Shown piece by piece: positions 1-12,243 of a stretch of DNA of 64,000 nt. The stretch lies in NCBI GenBank assembly GCA_951406725.2, contig OX597823.1, forward strand, positions 32,426,001 through 32,490,000. Reading direction: 5' to 3'. The notes below the pieces were generated by a model that saw nothing but the letters and a program-made list of their open reading frames with translations, made no database searches and was not told the DNA's origin. The stretch comes from Octopus vulgaris (lineage: Eukaryota). Both the position numbers and the translations under genes were made by a program. Numbering within the stretch: the first letter of the stretch is position 1; the number at the start of each line of letters is the position of its first letter.

Positions 1-170
1 CTACACTCTTGAAGGGGTTGGCATTAGGAAGGGTATCCAGCTGTAGAAATTGTGCCAGGTCAGATTGGAGCTTGGTGCAGCTGCTGGCTCTCCAAACCTC
101 AGCCAAACTGTCCAACCCATGCCAGCAAGGAACATGGACGTTAAACGATGATGATGATGATGATGATGAT
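1..170 (+). mobile_element. RTE-LINE 3' tail / RTE-tailed repeat (family C) with (GAT)n tail
   Basis: GGCATTAGGAAGGG..CAGCTGTAGAAA..CCAACCCATGCCAGC..GACGTTAAACGATGATGAT; same tail is joined to the RTE ORF at 55145-56390. Confidence 0.8.
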
Positions 171-342
171 AATGCTGATGAATGACCAGAGATGCATAAT
201 TAAAAATTCAACAGAATCATTGGCTACTTTGACATAAACAGAGACCACTCGAAAATTACACAACATTCAATGCTGAAGGCAATATTTCAGTATGACTTTA
301 GGTAGCCTGGCTTCAATCAATTAAATCTTCCTCAAAAGATAC

Positions 343-990
343 ATCATCATCATTGTTTAACGTCTGTTTTCCATGCTGGCATGGGTTGGACGGTTTGACT
401 GGGGTCTGGGAAACTAGGAGGCTGCACCAGGCTCCAGTCTGATCTGGCAGTGTTTGTACAGCTGGATGCCCTTTCTAATGCCAACCACTCCGAGAGTGTA
501 ATGGGTGCTTTTTTTACGTGCCACTGGCACAGGGGCCAGAGGGGGTTGGCAACGACCATGATCGGTTGGTATTTTTTACATACCCCCAAGCACAGAAGCC
601 AGTCAAGGTGGTGCTGGCTTCGGCTATGTTCGGAATGTGCTTTTTACATGCCACCGGCACGGGGATCACACCGACAATTTCCATTTGATTTTGGTTTTGA
701 TGTACTTGACTCAATAGGTCTCCTCAAGCACAGCATGTTGCCCTACGATCCAAGGTACTTTTGAGTGGGCTGGGGCTGGTTATGCGACACTGGTGTAGGT
801 TTCACTTTATTTGCCGGGTCTTCTCAGTCACAGCATATCTCCAGAGGTCCCGGTCATTCATCATCGCCTCTGTGAGGCCCAACATTTGAAGGTCATGCTT
901 CACCACCCCATCTCATGTCTTCCTGGGTCTACCTCTACCCTGGATTCTTTCTACTATTTGGGGGTGGCACTTCTTCACACAGCTCTCCTC
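343..990 (-). mobile_element. 5'-truncated RTE LINE: end of ORF plus 3' UTR
   Basis: Reverse complement of family C tail; 800-990 matches the RTE C-terminal region at 55650-55830. Confidence 0.8.
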
Positions 991-2399
991 AGGTAAGATA
1001 ATGTAGTTCTTGATAAACTTGGTGTGAAATTAGAGTGTTACTGCTGAAATGTCTTGGTCATGAGTCTTGCTAATCTTATTGACACTCACCCACCTGAAAC
1101 CACCCCTGCTCCTAAGATACAAGCTTCTTGTTTTAAAGTGATGTGAATTTACAACCCTTTATCCAAATTTTATGTAAATTTAAGTTTCAAATACTAGTTT
1201 TAGTGACAGAATTATTTTGCTAAATTATTCATTATTTAAAAAATTAAGTGAAACTGTTTCAACAGAAATATGTTAAATGAGTTCCAGGTCTGATCTGTGA
1301 ATAAACAATGACAGGATTACCAAGTTTTCTCTTAATCACTTCTGTTTACATCTGCATTTAACTTCCCTTCTGTCTTTTTATCTGATAGCCTTTTGATCTT
1401 TCTTGTCCCTGAATCACTTTAAAAAAAAAACTGCCTCAAGTTCTACAGGCTCATGTAAGCTGGAGCCATTCAGTTAAAGGTTACCTCCACTGTTACTGGT
1501 ATTAATTTTCAGTTGAGTAGACTGGAGCAACACGAAACAAATGTCTTGCTCAAGGACACAATTTACCAGCCCCAAATTTATCACAATTTATCAAACCCCA
1601 AATCAATGACCGTGAGCCCAACGCCCCTATCTGGCTATGTCATCACTTTATCGTTTCTTAGTTTTACTTGTTTTTACTTCCGTATATCTCAACTACCTAA
1701 CTCTATCATCGCTAATTCGGCTAATACCTACTATCTCGTCTAACGTCATCCTAAAATTTTTACCGTCTTTTCCTTCTTTTTACTACATGGAAGATAGACA
1801 TTAAACGACGACGATGACGATATATAATGCTTCGGTCTCACATATACAAACGTACATGAACGATATTGATATCTAACACAGAAACTTAGCCTCAAATTTT
1901 GAGAAGAATAATGTTCGTTTAGATCAATTCCCGCATTCAGCTGTTACTTATTTTATTAACCATGGGGGAAAAGAAACGAAAAGCAGAGTAGGTGGGAACT
2001 GAACTCAAAATTTAATAACATCTGAGGTGTTTTGTCTCCAATGCGACCGATTCTATCAATTTACAGCTCAGACACAAAATATTAACACACACAGATATTC
2101 ATACAATTACGCATAGCAGCTCTGACACGCACGCACGTACACACACACTCACAATTACAGACATAACCATACTCACACATCTGTTGCAGACTTCACACAC
2201 ACACATCAAGTCTTCCCTCCACTAACACCTCCGCTTCAGTTATTTTCTCTTTCAAAGTTGATCACTTTCCTGCTTCTCCCGTGTTTATTTTACTCCTCTC
2301 ATTCTGTTTATATATTCTTCATTCTCTCTCTTTCCCTCTCTCTGTGTAACTTTTCCATCTTTTTCACACTTCTCTGTCAACTTTTATTATTTACAAAAG

Positions 2400-2995
2400 C
2401 AAAAGCACGCCGGGCGAAATGCGTAGCCGTATTTCGTCTGCCGTTACGTTCTAAGTTTAAATTCCGCCTTTCATTCTTTCGGGGTCGATTAAATAAGTAC
2501 CAGTTACACACTAGGGTCGATATAATCGACTTAATCCGTTTGTCTGTCGTTGTTTGTCCCCTCTGAGTTTAGCCCCTTGTGGGTAGTAAAGAAATAGGTA
2601 TTTCGTCCGTTGCTCCGTTCTGAGTTCAAATTCCGCCGAGGTCGACTTAGCCTTTCATCTTTTTGGGGGGCGATAAATTAAGTACCAGTCAAGTAGTAGG
2701 ATCGATGTGATCGACTATCCCCACTCTCGACAAATTCCAGGCCTTATTTGCAAAACCAGCGGGCTTATGTTTCAATAAGATTGCCAACCAGCGAATGGCA
2801 GAATCATTAGCGCATGCATAGCTGCATATCTTGCGGTTGTCAACGTTCTGAGTTCAAACATCGTCGAGGTCAATTTTGCTTTTCATCCTTTCGGGGCTGA
2901 TAAAATAAAGTACCAGTCAAATATTAAGGGAAAAAATAATCGATTTATCCCTTCCCCCAAAATTGCTATTCTTGTTCTAAAATTTAAAACCGTTA
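2400..2995 (+). mobile_element. Tandem copies of tRNA-derived SINE family B, CpG-intact
   Basis: GCACGCCGGGCGAAATGC..GAGTTCAAATTCCGCC (B box)..GCCTTTCATCCTTTCGGGGTCGAT..AAGTACCAG, three overlapping copies. Confidence 0.85.
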
Positions 2996-2999
2996 TTCT

Positions 3000-3560
3000 A
3001 TCTTTCACAACTAAGTTCTCACTCACTTTATTCTTCTCTCTTTCATTTATTTCTTTTTCGCTCTCTCTTTCTCTCTGTATATAATTCTTATCCATTTTTT
3101 CTCTGTATCGTCATACCTTAATCTTTTTCCTTCTTTTTACTTCCTTCTGGCTTTATACATTCTTTTCTTTTTCTCTCTTTATAAGTTATCCTCTCTCTCT
3201 CTGTATATAATTCTCTAGCTTTACACTTATCTTTTCTACTCTTTACTGATTTATTCTCTCTCTCTCTCTCAATCTTTCACTCTCATTTCGCTATCTTTCC
3301 TTTATATCCCCATTTTACTCTCACTTTCACTCTTATTATTCTCTTTCTCTTTCTTTTCATATCGGTTCCCGATTTCTCTTGCCTCCCCACTGTGCGTTGT
3401 ATATTATATATATATATATATATATTCTGTCTCCTTTACTTTTTTCTCTACCTATTCCTCCGTTATTTGTCACACACTTTTCTTTTTCTCCTAATTTACT
3501 CCACCTTTCTCCCTCCTCCTATATTTTACTCCTCCCTTTCACACTTGCCCTCCCCTCCTT
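3000..3560 (+). repeat. Polypyrimidine (CT-rich) low-complexity tract
   Basis: Near-continuous C/T with (CT)n runs. Confidence 0.8.
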
Positions 3561-3629
3561 CCCTGTGTGTGTGTGTGTACTATGTATATATGCTTGTGCG
3601 TGTATTATATACATATACATGTGTGTTTG

Positions 3630-4119
3630 TGACTCGACAACCCCTGTCCCTGTTGTAGCTGGTTTTACCCAGGAAGAGTGTCAGTTGGCCAGACAATAAC
3701 AGGCCAACAGCGTGGCCAACTCTCATCCAACTGAGAGATAAAAATAAACTATAAAACTTGGGGTCAAAGATGAAGCGACAAGTTTTATACCCTAATCCTA
3801 TGTGGTCATTTAAACATCCTGGACACATGTACGACAGGAACTTGAACAATTAGCTTGATATTTCACATGATCACACATCGTACTTCGTTGTTCTGTGATT
3901 ATAACCAAAGTTATGGTAGTCTTATTAAAACAAGGGATCTATAATGTTAAAAAAGGTACACACGAAAAAAAGGATTAATTAATAATCATTTAAAAACAAT
4001 AATTGTTGTAATTTATGAATTAACAAACCTAAAGAGACGAATTTTACTGAAGAAACAGCAATATTTAAGTGGAGGTATAAAGAGCTAATTAACCAAAACA
4101 GTTAATAAATTCCTCAACC
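3630..4119 (+). promoter_or_regulatory. Candidate promoter / 5' UTR of a host gene
   Basis: Unique, CpG-retaining sequence after a CT tract and upstream of a Kozak ATG plus splice donor; contains a 27-codon uORF (ATGAAGCGACAA..AATTAG, ~3770-3853). Confidence 0.4.
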
Positions 4120-4125
4120 ATGGAG
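4120..4125 (+). CDS. Candidate first coding exon end (Met-Glu, phase-0 intron follows); gene unidentified
   Basis: CAACC ATG GAG | GTGAGT: strong Kozak context abutting a consensus donor, inside the CpG-rich zone. Confidence 0.45.
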
Positions 4126-4461
4126 GTGAGTAACAATGTTTACACAAACTTTTTGAAGGAAGAGCATGGGTAGACCTTAAACTTTCTGACGCCAACTTCA
4201 AATAATGATTTAGTAATACATATATAAACACACATCCTGTTTTAGGAATTAAATTATTGTTAAACGTGTTTTATTAATTAAATTATTGTTAAACGTGTTT
4301 TAAGGTGTTTTGTATTATTCAGCTGTTTATAATAACCCTTTAGGTTTCGTGGGGTAAAGTTAGTTTGCTAGAGTTTATAACTACTGATTACTTTTCGAAC
4401 CCTTAAGCTGCTTTTCACAGCCCCTTGTCTGTGCTTTTTTCGCAAATTCGTTATCTACGAT

Positions 4462-4651
4462 CAGTGTCGTCTTAAGGCATTGGCACACAGGACAGTTGCC
4501 CGGGAGCCCCACGGTTCTAGGGACTGAATTCTAATCCATATATGCTGTGGCTTGCTGTCAGTAAATACTATACAACCTAGTACATCGATTGGCGATGAAA
4601 CTTTGCCCATCGATTTGCCTGGAAGGGCCTTCATGTTTCTAAGACGGCTTA
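4462..4651. mobile_element. hAT-like MITE
   Basis: Imperfect TIRs CAGTGTCGTCTTAAG / CTAAGACGGCTT with subterminal TTGCCC motifs. Confidence 0.55.
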
Positions 4652-6074
4652 AAGCTTATAGATTCATAGAAATTTCGGTTTTTTGGTGCATTAGTTTATT
4701 TCCGACTCTATTCTATAGGAATGCCAAAACTTTAAGTTAATTTCGTGTAAATAAATGTTTATGCTAACGAGGAGGTGTAATTGAAAGTAGTGTCTCAATG
4801 ATAGTAAACAGCGAAAAGAGAGAGAGAGAGACAAGACAGAAGACTGGGAATTGAAACCCGACTGCAAACACCATTAATTTTGTCCTTGCTTAGCCCCTAC
4901 GCTACAGTAACAATTTAAATATTTTATTAGAAACACGCTTAATAAGTGGACTTGTGAATTTGTGATGTTCGGGTTGTAACCTACAACTTAGATCCTGCTA
5001 CAAGTAGTAAGCAACAAAGCAGACATGTGAGGGTGTGGTGTTCATGCTATAATCTACATCTTAGATCTTACTGCTTGCAAACGTGAAATTACTGTATGGT
5101 CACTCATTCTGGTAAAACACCAGCCAAATCTCCCTTAGATCACACACATCTTTAAAAAGGAAGAACATTATTATTACATATAGGACGGGCAGCGAAGACG
5201 GATCTACATTTAAATAACAACAGCAACACTAAACTGTCTACTTTTGCTCAGCACGTGTATGTCTGTCAGGCTCCCAATATTCTTTTACAGTCACATCAGA
5301 CATTTCTTAGAACCCCCTTTTTTTGTTTCTCTTATATATATATGTGTGTGTGCATCATGTGTGTGGTTACTTCCAAAAGTTTAACGAACATGCACGCCAC
5401 TAAAAGCATTGGGCGATTTTTTCTTTTAAATTGTTTTTGTACATAACTTGACATAAAAACAGACATTACGTGCGCGCACGCATAGACACACACACACACA
5501 CACACACATGCATTACTAGAGTCTACAGTTCCGATTAGAGAGAGGAGTGTCAGCCACGGTATTTGGGGGAAACAATTACATGTTATATCGCTGAATATAT
5601 GTGTAAACATTCAATGATCTAATAAATTATGTCAGTAGATTCTGAATCCGATACAAGGCCAGCAGTTTTGAGTAGTCGACAAAATAAAATATCAATACCT
5701 GACTGGTACTTTGTTTTATCAATCCTAGAAGGGATTAAAGACAAAGATGACCTCAGCGGGATCTGAACTCAGAATGTGAAATAGCCGGAACACGTACTGC
5801 AAGTATTTTCCCCGACGGTCTAGCGATTCTATAGTACACATATCAATAAAATTAAACCTTCTGCATTCAGTGTTTTGCAATATTTGATGATATTCAAGGA
5901 TATAAAATGTTTACATCCATCACATGTTCTAAAAGTACACCAGTGTTTATGATGAATGAATGAATTTGTGTGGAGGTAAAGCGTAAGCATCCCCTCCGCC
6001 TATATAAATATATGCTTATAGGTGTATGTACATACGCTCGTTTACATGTATACATATGAATGTGTGTATGTCTA

Positions 6075-6189
6075 CATTTACACACACACACACACATATA
6101 ATATATACTTATATATATCTATATATATATCTATATATATATATATATACATCTATATATATATATATATACATATCTATATATATATA

Positions 6190-6243
<54 letters not shown>
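6075..6243. repeat. (CA)n-(TA)n compound microsatellite, representative of dozens in the window
   Basis: Directly visible. Confidence 0.95.
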
Positions 6244-6247
<4 letters not shown>

Positions 6248-7003
6248 TCAACCACCTCACCAACAACAACACTGAACACCTTTTTGATCTCCATGTGTCT
6301 AACTGGACATATCATACAGCTCCCATGACTTTCGGATTTTTTCATATAAGCATGGAATATATTGTTGACTATGACACTGCATATATGCTTTCCGAAATAT
6401 ACCTATTATATATACACTTTAGATGATATGCACCTGAGCACTGTACACAATATTATTATTATTATTATATTATTATATATATATATATATATATATATAC
6501 AAATTGAGATAGGGGTTGTAAATGCAACCCTCCATGGGATAACATATATCCAATATACTGCTAGTGAAGTACCCAACAAGGTTAATACATAAATGTTAAG
6601 GATTGCGATGCAATCAATTCATTTACTGTATTATATGGGCAAAGGTAAAATGTTTTACCACAAATTCATAATACAAAATAAGAAAATGGAGAAATACATC
6701 TAAATCAAATATCAATTACCAGATAATACTCAATCACATACTTTATTAAACCACCACATAAGAAACTATAAGGTTAAACATAAAAAAGTAGAACAAAACA
6801 GTGTACATAAAGGAGAATACATATAAGTAGAATATATATAAGTAAATATAAATATAGATTTATGTTTTTCATTGTTTGATTTGCCTAATAGTAGTTTTAT
6901 CTCTAATTTAATATAATATAATATAATATATTTATACTATAAAATTGGATTTAGTCCTAAATCTGATTTTTCCCTGTAAGTTTGGATTTATTCCCTAATA
7001 TTT

Positions 7004-7055
<52 letters not shown>

Positions 7056-7078
7056 AGTGTATGTGCATTATATAAGTG

Positions 7079-7142
<64 letters not shown>

Positions 7143-7163
7143 ATGTATGGTTGCATACATGTA

Positions 7164-7352
7164 AGGCGGCGAGCTGGCAGAATTGTTAGCACGCTGGACG
7201 AAATGCTTAACGAGTTCAAATTGCGCCGAAGTCGACTTTACCTCTTATCCTTTTGGGGTCGATAAACTGAGTACCGGTCGAGTACTAGAATTGATGTAAT
7301 CGAAGATATCTCCCTCCCCCCAAATTTCAGGCCTTGTGCCTATTATAAAAAG
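7164..7352 (+). mobile_element. SINE family B
   Basis: GGCGGCGAGCTGGCAGAA head, B box GAGTTCAAATT, central domain. Confidence 0.85.
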
Positions 7353-7563
7353 GTTATGTGCGTGTGTATATATCTCTTTCTTTCTATATGTTTGTGTCCC
7401 TTTATGGTTGTTCCTTTGACAAAAGGTGATTCATAAAATACATATTAGCGTGAGATAAGTATTGGGCTTCAAAAATGTCAATTGAACATATTGATTCTGG
7501 TACTTATTTCTATCCTAATATTTACTTTATGAATCATCGTTTGTCAAAAGTAGAAGCACAAAT

Positions 7564-7601
<38 letters not shown>

Positions 7602-7611
7602 CACACAGAGG

Positions 7612-7882
7612 CAGGTGCAGGCGTAGCTGTGTGGTAAGAAGCTTGTTTCCCAACCACGTGGTTCTGAGTTCAGTCCCACTGCATGGCACCTTGGGCAAGT
7701 GTCTTCTGCTATAGTCTCTGGTCAACTAAAGCTTTGTCAGTGGATTTCGGTAGGCGGAAACTGAAGGAAGCTCGTCGTATATGTGTGTGTGTGTCTTTGT
7801 CCTTCACCACCGCTTGACAGCCTGTGTTGAATTATTTATGTCCCTGTAACTTAGCTGTTCGGCAAAAACGACCGATAGAATA
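7612..7882 (+). mobile_element. SINE family A, 3'-truncated
   Basis: GCTGTGTGGTAAG A-box, GTTCAGTCCC B-box, CTTGGGCAAGTGTCTT core. Confidence 0.85.
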
Positions 7883-7883
7883 A

Positions 7884-8285
7884 TGGAGGGCAGAACAGTG
7901 TTCCATATTCAAACTTGGCAACATATCATTGACAGGTTTAAATGAATGTTTTTCCATCTACTCCTACACCACCTCATAGTTCATTAAGCCCTTATTTATC
8001 CTTCATGTCCTTCTTGTCCTCGTCTTTTCTCTTCATCTCACTCTCAACCTTGCCTACTTCTCCTCATTCCATTACATTCTGGTTCTACCTTCTCACAGTT
8101 TCTCCCACCATTTCTTGTTTATGTATAAAACCCACATGGCCCTGTGGTCCTTATCAGTAGCAGCCAGTTTTTTTTTCTCCCTAACTTAGAGATATCTTTC
8201 ATTAATTTCTGTCTTTTCAAATGTTCCCTGAAGAAGGACACTGCTCAAAAACTTGTTGAACGTTTCACTTTTTACACCAAATGCA
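7884..8285 (+). mobile_element. Penelope-like element 3' fragment: GIY-YIG endonuclease C-terminus plus pLTR with degenerate hammerhead
   Basis: 7884-7955 translates WRAEQCSIFKLGNISLTGLNECFS, matching the EQ..IF.LGT..P.GLNE end of PLE endonucleases; CTGAAGAAGGACA at 8228. Confidence 0.65.
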
Positions 8286-8296
8286 CTAATCAATAA

Positions 8297-9040
8297 CATC
8301 ATCATCATCGTTTAACATCCGTTTTCCATGTTGGCATGGGTTGGACGGTTCAACTGGGGTCTGGGAAGCCAGGAGGCTGCACTAGGCTCCAGTCTGAGCT
8401 GGCAGTGTTTCTACAGCTGGATGCCCTTCCTAATGCCAATCACTCTGAGAGTGTAGTGGGTACTTTTTTACATACTTATTTCTTTACTACCCACAAGGGG
8501 CTAAACACAGAAAGGACAAACAAGGACAGACAAACGGATTAAGTCGATTATATCAACCCCAGTGCATAACTGGTACTTAATTTATCGACCCCGAAAAGAT
8601 GAAAGGCAAAGTCGACCTCGGCGGAATTTGAACTCAGAACGTAACGGCAGACAAAATACCGCTAAGCATTTCACCCGGCGCGCTAACGTTTCTGCCAGCT
8701 TACCGCCCTGTTTTTTACATACCACTGGCACGGGCCAGAGGGGGTGGGTATCAACCACGATCGGATGGTGCATTTTACATGCCACCAGCACGGAAGCCAA
8801 TCAAGGCGGTGCTGGCATCAGCCACATTTGGATGGTGCTTTTAACATACCACTGGCACGGGGATCACAACTACAAGTTCCATTTGATTTTGATGTTGAAG
8901 TACTTGACTCAATAAGTCTCCTCAAGCACGGCAGGTCGCCCTATGATCCAAGGTACTTTTGAGTGAGCTGGTCATGTGACACTGGTGTAGGTTATAGCTG
9001 TGAACTCACTTTATTTGCCGGGTCTTCTCAATCACAGCAT
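8297..9040 (-). mobile_element. RTE 3' tail (family C) interrupted by a family B SINE
   Basis: Family C halves flank 8476-8710; TTTTTTACATAC duplicated at 8464-8475 and 8711-8722. Confidence 0.8.
8476..8710 (-). mobile_element. Full-length SINE family B with 12-bp TSD
   Basis: Reverse complement of family B; flanking direct repeat. Confidence 0.85.
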
Positions 9041-9226
9041 AGAGTCAACAAGAAGGAGTACGGTTGAACATTTATTTTCAATTGGTACACTTGTTTCTAC
9101 ACAATATAGTTCTCCAAGCACATGGTGAAATCTGAAAGTGGACAAGCTTTATACTGTACTCTTCTACATTTTTAACAGAATATGCTATAACTCTGTATCT
9201 TGTGTGTGTGTGTGTGTGTATGTACA

Positions 9227-9280
<54 letters not shown>

Positions 9281-10056
9281 AAAGTATGTGTGTTTATATA
9301 CACACATACATGCACATTCATATATAACTGCCGTGTGTGCATATGTGCGTGTAGGTGCTTGTGCCTCTCCCAAAGAGAGAGAGGGAATATACATACATAA
9401 CCTTTAAAATAATTTCAAAGTGTGTTTTGCAGTTTTACAGAAACAAGTAGATTGTGGGAATAAGAACTTTAGTGTACTCTTCAACATTCAACATTTTCCC
9501 TAAACTAACTCCAGTTAATTCTTTTTTGCATTTGGAACTTTGAAAATGGTTTTGATTGTTGTTACTAATACAGAGAATTTTTTTTTCTTTTTTGGCTTTC
9601 AGTCATTCATGAAATGGAAAATTCATGAATGATGACAATACATATACACATTAACAAACAGACAAATATATTAAAAGAAGTAACATTTTATGGTGAACTG
9701 TCCTGTGTGTGTGTGTGTTTTTGCATGTAGATAGAGAGAACGAGTGTAGAGTAGAGAGATATAGGTTTTGTTTTTTTCTTCCAGAAAATTTAAAATGAAT
9801 AATTATATTTTTGTTTATATTCATATTAATTTATAGTCTTTTTTTATAAGAAAAGTTAGGCCAGGCCCTCTTTGGTTCTAGGTCTCTGTGAAAGTGAAGG
9901 TATTTACATTAACAGAAAGAGGTGTTTAGTACCAAGTCAAATGTTTTTCCTTTGTTAAAAATATGTGAAAATGTTTTTAATGGGAAAGCAGTGTAAGTGA
10001 TTTTAGAGTCTATCAACTTTATTCTCACTATGTTGTGTAAAAGAAAATTTTTTTTT

Positions 10057-10265
10057 GTACTCGAGGCACAAAACCTGAAATTTTTGGGGAGGGGGCCAGT
10101 TGACTAGATCGACCCCAGTATGCAACTGGTGCTTAATTTATCGACCCCAAAAGGATGAAAGGCAAAGTCGACCTCGGCGGAATTTGAACTCAGAACGTAA
10201 AGACAGACGAAATACCGCTAAGCATTTCACCTGGCGTGCTAATGTTTCTGCCAGCTCATCACCTT
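10057..10265 (-). mobile_element. SINE family B
   Basis: AAAGGATGAAAGGCAAAGTCGACCTCGGCGGAATTTGAACTC. Confidence 0.85.
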
Positions 10266-11159
10266 GCAAAAGAAAATTTTTGTTGGAAAAATATACTTCC
10301 TGTAATAATTTCTCACCAGAAACTATTTTGGTGTTCCTCATAAGGTATCTGTTAGCATAATGCAGGTCTTCTCTGAGCTTTATATCTTCACTATGGTCCA
10401 AACAAAGTCAAGTAAGATAACGAAAAATAATTGTGTCTTGAGTATTTGCTTTTCATCATTGGTCCCTTCTATTAACATCTGATATATCTGAGTAGTTAAT
10501 AGTAGTGCTGTGCTAACATTAATTAGGAATTTAATTAAATATTCAGTGGACCCAACTTTGATAATGACAGCATCACACTGAATCTTTTACAGTTTTTAAC
10601 CAACACACCTCTTGTCCAATATTTTAGTTTTGTTCTTCGAATGTTTTAAAATTACATTTTTTGATATCATCTCTGCTAATGTTCACAGTCTCCATTCCAG
10701 AGGACACAATCAGTCATAACATTTCCCTTTGAAAACTAACTAATGCCTTTTGAGTGAATTTGCTAGGTGGAAACAGTGTGGAAGCCTGTTGTGTGTGTTT
10801 GTCCCTCCCACACTTCTTGACAACTAGTGTTGGTTTGTTTACAGCCCCATAACTTAGTAGTTCAACAAAAGAGACTGATAGAATAAGCAGCAGACTTAAA
10901 AGATAAGAACTGGGGTCAATCTGTTTGACCAAACCTTTTCAAGGTGGGTGCTACAGCATGGCACATTCAGTGACTGAAACAAGTAAAAGATCAATTAAAC
11001 ATTAAAGATAAACAATTCTGTAAGGGAAAATTTGGTTTAGGGCTTCAGGGTTAGAGTTTAAAGTTAGGATTTTGGGTTAAGGTGAAGAGTTTAGAGTGGC
11101 ATAGACAAGGATACCCAATATAAAGGTCTGGGAAGGGCATTGAAATTGAACTTTATAAA

Positions 11160-11800
11160 GGCAAATCTATTGCTTTATTATGTAGCATTTGTCTCTTTCA
11201 AAATAGTCTTCTCCCTGGTTGATACATCCAACATTTTCTTTCCAGATTTGGAATGTATTTTCAAAGGCAGTGCATAGATGTTGTTGCTAATTTTCTTTGA
11301 CCTCTTCTTTTATCTGAAATCATTGGTCTTTCAGGGTGGATTTCTAACATGGGCACAACAAAAGTCTTCAGAGACCAAATTTGGAGATAAGGAGGGCAAC
11401 TGGGAACAAGAGACATCTTATGCACTGCCAAACTTATGGCTCAGGAGTGATTCATGAGTACAGTGTCATAGTGCAGCAGCCATGCTTTAGGCTTCTTTCC
11501 TTTGCACTTATTTTCTCAAATGCCCAAGGACATCCAAGTAAAACTCTTTATTCATTCTGATTATATGGAACAAACATATGATGAATGACACCGATTTAAA
11601 ACAACAACAAAAAATACAAAAAGCAAACAAACAAAAAAACAAAGACACCTATCACATCCCTTTCATCTGAGTGACTCTGTACTTTTTTCCTTCTTTTTTA
11701 TGTGACTGCAACAATGATCCAACATCCTGTGGTGACAACATTTTTGTTGCGACATTGTGAACATCATAAAACCTGTACACCCATGTTTCCTCCTTTGTCA
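11160..11800 (-). pseudogene. Decayed mariner transposase fossil
   Basis: Minus strand gives ETWVY..YD (~11790-11760) and a frameshifted PY(S)PNLVSEDF (YSPDLAP.DF motif, ~11392-11360). Confidence 0.6.
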
Positions 11801-12013
11801 TGTTTTACATTAAGTTTTAATCAGCATTTAACCAGTCAAACTGCTTCTGACTGACTGTGATTTGGTAGAGTGGAAGATTAAGAGAGAATGTAGTATTAAC
11901 TTATTCTCTCCTTTTATGTTCTGGGTCGTGACTTTTCCTTTCATCTTCTTGGCAGTTGATAGAATAAAACCCAATCAATTGCTGGGCTGAGCTTGAATTC
12001 CATCACCATCCTT

Positions 12014-12243
12014 TTAACCCTTTCGTTACTGTATTTATTTTGAGATGCTCTGTGTGACTTTCAATTAATTTTAAATATAACAAAAAAATTTAGTAAAATA
12101 ACTTAGTTGTCATCCAGCCAGTTTTAGGAACGTAAATTGTGACTAAGGTTTCGTGGAAGATTTTAATTCAAAACTTATGAAAACAAGACATTTGTACTCA
12201 GAGTCAGAACTGGTTTCAGCTGGGTTGGTAATGAAAGGGTTAA
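12014..12243. mobile_element. piggyBac-type MITE
   Basis: TTAA|CCCTTTCGTTAC ... GTAATGAAAGGG|TTAA; relatives at 46756-47133, 23520-23709, ~1080-1280. Confidence 0.8.

Noticed and set aside
11030-11098. Degenerate TTAGGG-like run
   Set aside because: Too short and degenerate to call interstitial telomere
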